A stretch of 54,661 bases of DNA, counting the filler, from Asterionella formosa (taxonomy: Eukaryota): the NCBI GenBank assembly GCA_002256025.1. It is 4 parts of 4 records of this genome, joined end to end, with 100 filler letters (N's around TTAATTAATTAA, not from the genome) between each part and the next. Parts side by side here need not be neighbours in the genome. Positions count along the whole stretch, not along the records: positions 41,074 to 54,661 come from NKIB01006588.1; 3 more parts are not named here. The stretch is one strand, 5' to 3'. Positions 45,880 through 54,661 of this stretch are shown here, piece after piece. The stretch's first letter is position 1. Each line of letters starts with the position of its first letter. The notes beneath the pieces were generated by a model. It worked only from the letters and a program-made list of their open reading frames with translations. It did no database searches and had not been told where the DNA came from. The position numbers were made by a program, and so were the translations under genes.

Positions 45880-46025
45880 CAAACTAAAAGTAAAGTGAAT
45901 GATGCACAGAAACGAATGATAAGGTTCATAAACGACCATGTTGTTTTGTTGATACAAAAGTCAGCTGATGGTGAAAATACCAATTATATAAACTATCGCA
46001 GTACCTATTGATACTTTTTCAGAAA

Positions 46026-47697
46026 CTAAAATGATGCTACCGATACCTCGCTTGGTTCCACAACATCTGACCCTTCCACGGAAGGTATATCATCACGATC
46101 ATGTGGTAAATTCAACAATCGCATGAAACCGAGGCCTTGAGGAACGATTGAAAACTTATTCCATTCTGCATGGGACGAATAAAAATGTGTCTTGATATGG
46201 TCCATATTACATGTTGCAGCAACTCCATCCATCTGATAAATCTCTCGGCAGTAGTTTAATAATGATGGAGTCAAAATGACAAGTCGGGTATTGGCTCGAA
46301 AGTAAAACGCATACACTTCGTCAAATCGTAGGAGCGTGACAAAGAGTCGTATGTCAGCATCCGTCAAAGTATCACCCGTCAGAAATCGTTGATGTTGCAA
46401 GACAGAGTCTGCCTTGTCAAATGCCTGCGTTAGTTCCGATATTGCCTTGTCATATCCCAACTGATTTTTGGCAAATCCACATCGGTATACACCATGAATC
46501 ATGAGGGGGGAAAGCCATTCAATTACTTCATTCAACTTTTCTGGGTCAGGGTCATCCTCCGTGTACAAATCAATATCAGGATTTTTGGCAAATGCATTGA
46601 AACTTGAATTCAGCATATATGAAATATCTGAGGATTCGTTGTTGACCACCGTTTTAAGTTTCTTGTCCCAAAGAAATGGAACCACATATTTTCCAGCATT
46701 GTCCCCCGCTTGTTCATAAATATCTCGAATCGAGAAGGCCCCGAATTCCGGATCCGGCTCATTTCCAGGAAACGCCGAAGGAAAGGGACCGCCTCGACCA
46801 GCTGTATTGGTCAACGGCTCACCGTCGGGATTACCAAATACCCATCCACGTTGCTCCTCATCCGTTCCTTGCTTTGTTAGTTGCCACGTTGGGTGAACAA
46901 TGGTAACTGATACACAGTCATCTAGTCCCTTGAGAGCACGTACAATGAGACATCTATGAGAACCAGGACATGCATACGAAGCATAAATATGATACCTATC
47001 CTTTTCTGCTGCAAACTTGTCATTTTCGCCTGTGAAACATAATGTTGGAGTGAGCTCGGACCCTACCAATTTGAGCAACTCTTGGGACAGTCACAAGGCA
47101 AAAGAACATAAATTTCGCTACGAAATACGCACCTGTGGTTACAAATTCTCGCCATTCTCGTTCATCTGGAACCATGTGTCTTGCAGGGGTCGGTACAGCA
47201 CTTGGTTTGACAGGTGGACTAAATATGGTTGATTCGTTTCTCAGTTGTTTCCTCAATGCGGTGTCACAGTCCGGAACATCCCTGGAGAGTACCTGCTTGT
47301 TGGACGATTCGGCTCCACCAGTCGCAATCTGTTCGTCTCCTCTCGTTTCTACAATTTTAAGTCTTCCAATGACACGTCCTTCGCTTTCATACACATCACT
47401 ATCCGGATCTTCCATGGTTTCTCTCACTGTGGCTCGTCCCAGCCCCATTGCCCCAAACATGTGTCGTCCCACAGGAAGTGCCGATGCGTGACATTCGTCA
47501 TCTCCTCCATGCAACGTGCCTTTCGCATCGTATGTGGCCCTGTAACCACGCAACAGAGCTTCTGCCTCTTGTCGGCGTTTGCGCAATTCCTTTTCCCTCT
47601 TCTTCTGCTGCATATACCACGCATCCACACCAGCGCCGGACAAATCGGCTGGGGGCTTTTTAGGTACGATTTGAGACATCTTGGACTTGTCTCTCAT
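46026..47697 (-). CDS. Glutathionyl-hydroquinone reductase (ECM4/YqjG, Xi-class GST) with N-terminal extension; exons 47697-47133 and 47029-46026
   Basis: EKDRYHIYASYACPGSHR, VPFLWDKK..TVVNNESSDI, GVYRCGFA, RFLTGD.LT.ADIRLFVTLLRFDEVY..YF, HIK.HFY.SH, IVP.G. A 103-nt phase-1 intron spans 47030-47132. The start ATG is inferred, and there is a possible 5' intron at ~47750-47829. Confidence 0.9.
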
Positions 47698-48566
47698 GTC
47701 CGCAAGAAATGCTTGCGCTTCTTCTGGTGTTGTGAGCGGTGCGTTTACTGCGAACGTCAAACAATTAGAACATGGAAGGGGGCAGCGCGGACTCTTGATA
47801 ACGGCAACAACAAGCACACACAAACGTACAGTCCTTTAATTTATCTCGTTGATTCGTTGTTAATCCCTTTTCACGTAGTTCCACAAGCTCGCGCTGTACG
47901 CGGCTCATGCCGGCAGATCCGCTTGTCATGGTCAACAGCAAGATTCAGTACATTCAGAGCCAGCACAAACAAAAACGACTTGAATTTTGTGTGTGTGCGA
48001 ATACCCAGCATAATAGGTAGGACCTGAATTTTATTTTTTAAGATCGAGTGAAATACCGGTATACCGGTTCAGTACCTGGTACCAGGTCAGCAATATGTAT
48101 AGAATAACATACCGGCATATATTCTATATTCATAGCCAAATTATATGCTACCGGGTACTGGTACCCTGGTACCAAGTACTACTCCTTAAATAGATTGAAA
48201 CGAATGCCAATCCTTCTCCCCGGGCTGAGCTTCGTGCGTCCTCCCGCCCGGCCGGAGATTTCAAACATAACGGATACCTTGCCGCTTTTGCTTGTGCTCT
48301 TGTCTCGATGAACGCCGGGAGCACACGTGCCATTTGATGGTTCTTGGCTGCATCCATTTGGCACCTCAAGAATAAAAGATCGGCCAAGCAAGATGTTATG
48401 TATGCGCAAAAAAGGGAGATACCAGTACATAATGATAATGCATTCTTCATAATGCGGGTATGCATAATAGGGATTCCAGTTATCAGAGGTCGAACAATCT
48501 TGTAGTCTCTCTTTCTCATTACACTCACTGCTGCAAATTTCAACTACTAACAGACAAACCATCATC

Positions 48567-49122
48567 ATGAGAAGCATCCAGAGATTAATCAGCAGCTGTT
48601 GTGTGTCGGCAATCATCATCCTGGCAATAATGAGCGGTAGCGGTTCTGCATTTTGTCCACCGAAACCATTATCGTTGGCCACTCACCGAAATCAACGACT
48701 GGTGTTTTATTCAGAAGAAAATCCCCAAGAGCCTGCTGTTGTCGAAACGCCTGTAGGAAGTCCCAAATCTGAAGGCACTTCGTACCCAATACCGCTTCCG
48801 TCGCCAATCCTATTGTCGGCGTCCATGGGCCTTGCTATTATTTCAACAGGTAAGTATAGCAGTTGTACTGGTGGACTGATTGGTTTCAAAAGTGTCAAGA
48901 TGTTAGGGAGGTGGTCTAACTATGCTATGTACTCTCGTACTGTTGTTACCGACAGGTTCTATTTTTGAATTGTCAGGCGGGAATCCTCAATTTGGATTTG
49001 CGGCAACATGTGCAACTGCAGCCGTGGGTGTACCTTTGTGCTTTTTCCTTTTCTACGCCGCTATTAAAAAAGGAACAGCGGAAACGGAAGAAGATGACAA
49101 AAAGTTTCTCGGAGAAAAATGA
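48567..49122 (+). CDS. Small plastid-targeted two-TM membrane protein (~149 aa); exons 48567-48849, 48956-49122
   Basis: Signal peptide ends in GSAF (ASAF-like diatom motif), followed by a transit-like segment and two hydrophobic helices. A 106-nt phase-1 intron (GTAAGT 48850...CAG 48955) joins the frames. Confidence 0.8.
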
Positions 49123-49678
49123 GAATAGGAGCAAACCTTGAGCGAATACGGTATTCGCCTGTGTCATGCATCGCTACACAAGGTATTGTGACTCTATGGC
49201 TAAAACCGGTAGTTAAAAGTGGACCAACTTTTATATACATATATTTGTATTCTCACGGAGAGAACAATTGACAGAAAAGTTCCAATAATAATCTATATTT
49301 ATATCTGTTACCGGCAGTCCGCGATGTTCAACCTTCGCCACACTTTGAGTATTGCGACAATAGGAGCATCTATTGTCAAAAGAGATAGGTAAAGCTATAG
49401 TTGTGGAGGAATTAATCTACATTTGTAGACAAGAAACTGATGTCAAGAGTGGACCTGATATCTACTTAACCGGTATCTCAACGTCATCTTGATAAATGGG
49501 AAACATGAACACAATGCGGAGGTGAAAACCCGATGTCCAGTCGATTCCCCCAATCATTACATTGGCATTACTCCGTGATCAAAATGTCTCCAACCAAGCC
49601 ATGATTGTGTTGGGATAAGTAAAGAAGAGTGGATAACGAGCTACAAATACCCCCAATACCGCAATACTTCGAATCTCG

Positions 49679-52600
49679 TTAAAGTGACTTCTTCTTCCCT
49701 TTCTTGTTTTTCACTGCCTTGAACCCCTCTTCATCCTCTTGTGGTTCATAGTTTTTCGCATTCAAAATAGTTTCCATGCCAGCCCATTTTGCCGATCCTT
49801 TGCGGCGCTGATAAAACAAGAGATACGCTCCCCCAGTCACTGATGCATCCCCGGATGTACTTCCAACATGGGAGTCATTGTAACGATACCAGTTATGGTC
49901 TTTCGAATTGCGCACACTTGCAGTATAGTGACCACTATTCGCTGTTGAACCACTATGTTCACTCACACCAAACAGTTCGTAAATCGGTGGGGCTTCTTCG
50001 TCGATTGGGCCGAGGATGTATGGTCGCATGTCTAACTTGTCGATTGGAAAACTAACTGTATCTTCAATCTTTTTTCGAACGACCCCGTGACTTCGAACCT
50101 CGTAGGTAAATCGCTTCAGATGCACGATAAGAATGTCGGGGACAGTCCACAATGCAAGCATTTTCAATGCACAAACATGTTTTTTGCAGTTTGGACAATA
50201 CCACGCATTGTTTTCGTCAAGCTGCTCTCCTTCAGTGAATTTTTCCAAACATTCTTTTAATGAAATCCTTGAATGACCTTTCTTGGGAACGACAGGGACA
50301 GATATAGAAGAATAAACGTCAAATTTGATACTTTCTCGTCCACATACAGGGCAAGTAAGGTGACTGCGATGCATTCCTTGACAGTGGTCTACAATGATAC
50401 TATCGTGTCGTAATAAGTGTCTACTCCAAGATTCAGTAGCCACTTGACTATCTGGCATTCCCTTCCCTTCAAATTCTTCCACATATGGCTTACTCTTCAC
50501 ACGATTGCAGTCTTCGTGAATGCCATCCATCAAAAAAGAGCAAAACTCATGACTGTCATGTTGATATGCATTGTTGAATTGCGGTGCAAAGGCCGCAATG
50601 GTTTGTTTCAATAGCCGTGGGGCCAACGCTGCGTATTCGCCACTCCAGACGTCGTTTAAAAGTGAGGCATATGCAGTTGCCACGATACCACCACTGCCGA
50701 GGGGATTCGATGTATTAAGATCATTTAAGTACGAGCCCTTCAAGAAATATTTGGTTATCGGTTCGATGTGATTCAAGCATTGAAGAATACTGTTCATGAA
50801 ACAGGAGTTTCCCAAATTATGAAGTCCGACAGCCCCAGGAGCAGGAGGCACACCGCGAAGCGATTCACGGACAAAACCAGCGCCACGTGCATGTAGCGGC
50901 TTCATGATTTCAACAGGAGGATTTCGTGAGTCGAATGCATACGTGATGGTAGCCGGTCCATTATGCTCGGCAATCTTTAGATGTGTACCCAGATCACATA
51001 TTTCTTCTCCGTATAGATTGATCCATCTAATCATTGGAGGACATGGGACTGGTTTAGAGCCGTCTTGTGATAACAGCGATTCGAATCCTTTTGGCATGTT
51101 GGCTTTTTCCTGTGCTACTTCGATCAAGACCTGCCTCGTTCGTCCTAACAATAGAAAATGGATCTGCTCGCCATTCTCTAACGAGTCAATTGTTTCCAGA
51201 ATGGCACCACCTTCCAATGGGTGCACTGGATCTGTCTCCTTGCCGGTTGCAACTATTTTCCCCCTGTACCATTTTGGCCTTGTTACAAATGACGAAGATT
51301 CTCGGACCTCAACCACGAGCCCAACTTGAACATCATCTCGCCATCGTTTTGTATGAGTCCATAGTGGAGCAACTGTATTGAGAGCAGGTTTATCATCTGG
51401 AATTGCAATCTCCTTCCTCCGCCTCTTCAACTTAATATCCCACCGTGATGCCCATCCTGCGTAATGGACGACTACAATTTCATCCGTGATATCTCGAACA
51501 ATTGCCTCGTACCATTTACCAGTGGTGTCTTGCGCATCAACAAAATCTCCCGGTTGAAGTCGTTCTTCCAACTCCAACGCCGCTCGTGGCCACCTAGTCG
51601 AAGGGGATGTTCGTGTTTCGATTAGAATGTGTACACTGTTTTGATGCCCCTTTCCATTCTGTCTTTGCACCCATTCCAAAACTGTCATATTAGATTTTTC
51701 TTTCTTCTTTTTACTCAGCAGCTTTCCATCCAAATGATCAAGTTCGATCAAATCATATCCGTCCCCGTCAACTGTTGCTTGTGTGGTTCCGTCTTTTCTC
51801 AACGTATTCCGTCGGCACCATACTCGCACGCATGACAAGCTCTTTTCAGGTACTACTTCTTTCAGTAAGGCTGGAACAGCATCAGCAACCAATGATGATT
51901 GTGGAACGAGACAAAACAAATCTTCGTCATATCCGGCCCCCACCGTTCCATCGACAACTTTGTATATAAACTTTACAGGGTATAACTCAGCTACAGCAAT
52001 CATCCGGGGCACTTGCTGTTCTTGCATGAGCTTGGACATTGGTGACATATGAAGCTGCGTTGCTGTCACCGATATGGGAGCTGGCAACAACAAGACAGGT
52101 CGGAGAAATTCAATTGGATGCGACTGACCATTCTTGGGTTTGCCGTGGTGATACACTACTGCTGGGCTTTGCAAAGGATTAGCTTGAAACGCTACAGAAT
52201 GTCCGTCTTCGCACAATGCGCCGTGAACTGACCGGAGGAGCTGAAGAATATTGAGCTGATATAGTCACTATGGAACAAGAATTTGACACGACGAAATCCA
52301 AAGTAACTTACCTCATAGAATCGCTCTGGAACGCCACAGCAGCAAACTTTGTTGAGAGAGCTTCCATTTTCTAAACTCTGCATGGCTTGTGGTGATCCAA
52401 CCACGACGTTTGGTCGCAGCAAGAGCGGGTGACCATCGACCGATAGTTTCGATGCATCGATGGGGCCGGGCTCGTGGAAGCTACTTGACAACGTTAATCC
52501 TTGCGCTTCTATTGCTAGTCGCAAGGCCATCCTTACACGGTGTTCCTCGTCAGGGGAAACTGGCTGATTCAAGGCCCATGTCAGCCAATTTTGAAGATAT

Positions 52601-52794
52601 TCTCTTGTCATCAGGAAGACCCATCGTTCCCGTGATTCCGGGGAAGTTAAGGGTGAGTCCAAGAGCATCAACGCAGCTATAAGCGTCATGCTCTTCGGTC
52701 TTGGACGATACAGTTCTTCATATTGGATAGCTATATCTGGAGCAGCAGCAGCAGGGGCGGCAAGAACGGCGCTTGCATAGGAAGGAGCCGTCAT
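49679..52794 (-). CDS. Ubiquitin carboxyl-terminal hydrolase (USP/C19 peptidase) with DUSP-like, ubiquitin-like and Tudor/MBT-like N-terminal domains; exons 52794-52312, 52240-49679
   Basis: Cys box GLHNLGNSCFMNSILQCL, QHDSHEF..FLMDGIHED, WYCPNCK, LIVHLKRF, His box HSG....GHYTA, WY.YNDS, AYLLFYQR. A 71-nt phase-0 intron spans 52241-52311. Confidence 0.94.
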
Positions 52795-54661
52795 CGTTAA
52801 ATGATTGGCATTGCTGGCCGAATGTATGGTATATTGATGACGACAGGAACGACTGAGACAATCAGCTACGTTTCGATAAATCGAAAAAAGTAAGCNNNNN
52901 NNNNNNNNNNNNNNNNNNNNNNNNNNNNNNNNNNNNNNNNNNNNNNNNNNNNNNNNNNNNNNNNNNNNNNNNNNNNNNNNNNNNNNNNNNNNNNNNNNNN
53001 NNNNNNNNNNNNNNNNNNNNNNNNNNNNNNNNNNNNNNNNNNNNNNNNNNNNNNNNNNNNNNNNNNNNNNNNNNNNNNNNNNNNNNNNNNNNNNNNNNNN
53101 NNNNNNNNNNNNNNNNNNNNNNNNNNNNNNNNNNNNNNNNNNNNNNNNNNNNNNNNNNNNNNNNNNNNNNNNNNNNNNNNNNNNNNNNNNNNNNNNNNNN
53201 NNNNNNNNNNNNNNNNNNNNNNNNNNNNNNNNNNNNNNNNNNNNNNNNNNNNNNNNNNNNNNNNNNNNNNNNNNNNNNNNNNNNNNNNNNNNNNNNNNNN
53301 NNNNNNNNNNNNNNNNNNNNNNNNNNNNNNNNNNNNNNNNNNNNNNNNNNNNNNNNNNNNNNNTTAAAAAAAATTATATTATGTGTATTATAAAACATAA
53401 ATTACTGTACTCATAACCCCAAAATTTGGTCAACACAAACACAAATTTTTTACTGTTAGAAATAACAGTGCAAACTACAAAACAGTAAATTTTGTATTTT
53501 TTGTACTTTTTGGTGCCAGTTAAATCTTTGCAGGCCAAAATTTTTCGATCTGAATTGCTATTTATTGTCATGATGTGACATCATATCAAACACCAGCCAC
53601 CTCGAAATCGCAAAACATTGGCACTGCTAGCTAGTAACTGAAAATGCTAGTCACATGGTGCATTGAGTGTGCTATGTATACTGGGTGAACCACACAAATT
53701 CATGCACGATTTCATACATGCATTGTGTATTTATAATTTGTTGCTGTATTTCGACATCAAGTATGGCATACAAACGGATTCTGGATTCCGTCCTGTCGTA
53801 CGTTTGTGTGTAGAATTCATTGTATGTAGCCTGTTCATATCTCACCTACATAAATGTCGAACTGTCTGGTAAAACTGAAATGCAACTCATCATCGCTAAA
53901 ATTACCGGTATACCACTGTTGAAAAGGTTGGTACTCCTTCCTGCAGGCTGGGTCTCTCTTCACGTAGACCCTTACGTGCTCGTAGTACTACCTAGTACCA
54001 CTTACTTTCTCTCTCTTCTCTGCTTCTAGCCTTCCTGCTAGATATACTAATTGACCTTCCTGTCAATCATTAACACTCTGTTTCCTCAATTGATAATCTA
54101 AACTCAAATTAAATTATAAGCTAAACTAAATGTTTCCTTTCCATGCATCTTTGCTTCCCGCAAAGTCGTTCTAAGACTCTCTTCGACTCTTCGAGTTTCC
54201 ACTTAACATTTCCATAGAAATCTTCAATCTTTGATCTCGTTAGACAGCTGATTGACATGGCAATGCATTATTCGACTCGCTTGATTACAATCGAGTCCAC
54301 AATCCTTGTGACTTGGGCTAATATTCTTGTCATACCACGAGTATATGCACGAGCGATAATCCTTTTAATTTAGATCATTGCCCAACCACCGTGTATCAAG
54401 GAATTTTTCGACGTTTTCTGCGACTAAAAAAGTCAACATGGAAAATTTCTTGTTGTTCCAAAAGCCGTACGCTAATTTCAATTGTTGGTCGTCCTGACCA
54501 GTTCCAATTGGCGCGCTTCTCACCATTGATAGCAGGGCTCGTTGTGGAGTACATCCGATGGAGAGATTGCAAAACGAGGACTCATGGGTTCAGGAATCTA
54601 CCACTTCCACATCAACAAGACTATAATTGAGTCAGTTGAGTCAAAGCACGCAGAACAGCAA

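Noticed and set aside
47245..48027. 260-aa + strand ORF (and similar antisense ORFs such as 15508-15963, 50904-51329)
   Set aside because: Antisense shadows of well-supported genes, with non-protein-like composition.
42028..52794. Gene-dense cluster (REP, membrane protein, GST, plastid protein, USP) as an operon-like system
   Set aside because: Mixed orientations and unrelated housekeeping functions; ordinary compact eukaryotic gene packing.
54100..54661. Decayed minus-strand coding-like sequence at the window end
   Set aside because: Multiple stops, no recognisable family, and truncated by the window edge.

Overview
This is eukaryotic nuclear DNA, most likely from a diatom. That is inferred from short GT-AG introns of about 70-190 nt, an ASAF-like bipartite plastid presequence, TTAGGG repeats and a eukaryotic initiator tRNA. 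It is a draft scaffold with N gaps and TTAATTAATTAA linkers. Intact genes sit in islands separated by CpG-depleted decayed transposon or pseudogene DNA. They encode a CRAL-TRIO protein, a GGCT-like protein, a TLDc protein, Rab escort protein, a glutathionyl-hydroquinone reductase, a USP deubiquitinase, DUF952, a small plastid membrane protein and tRNA-iMet. The most notable item is a two-exon gene of about 1065 aa (15075-18461, minus strand). It fuses a catalytically eroded myo-inositol-1-phosphate synthase, an apparently intact PfkB sugar kinase, and an HMG-box inserted inside the kinase fold, making it a candidate inositol-sensing kinase or chromatin regulator. Other notable items are a methyltransferase-PAP2 phosphatase chimera, a highly iterated TACCWGGTA/TACCGGTA palindrome family in intergenic DNA, a pseudogenised P2X7-ballast-like ORF, two related LINE 3' remnants (one capped by telomeric repeats) and a small MITE. 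All family assignments come from recognising motifs by eye; no searches were run.
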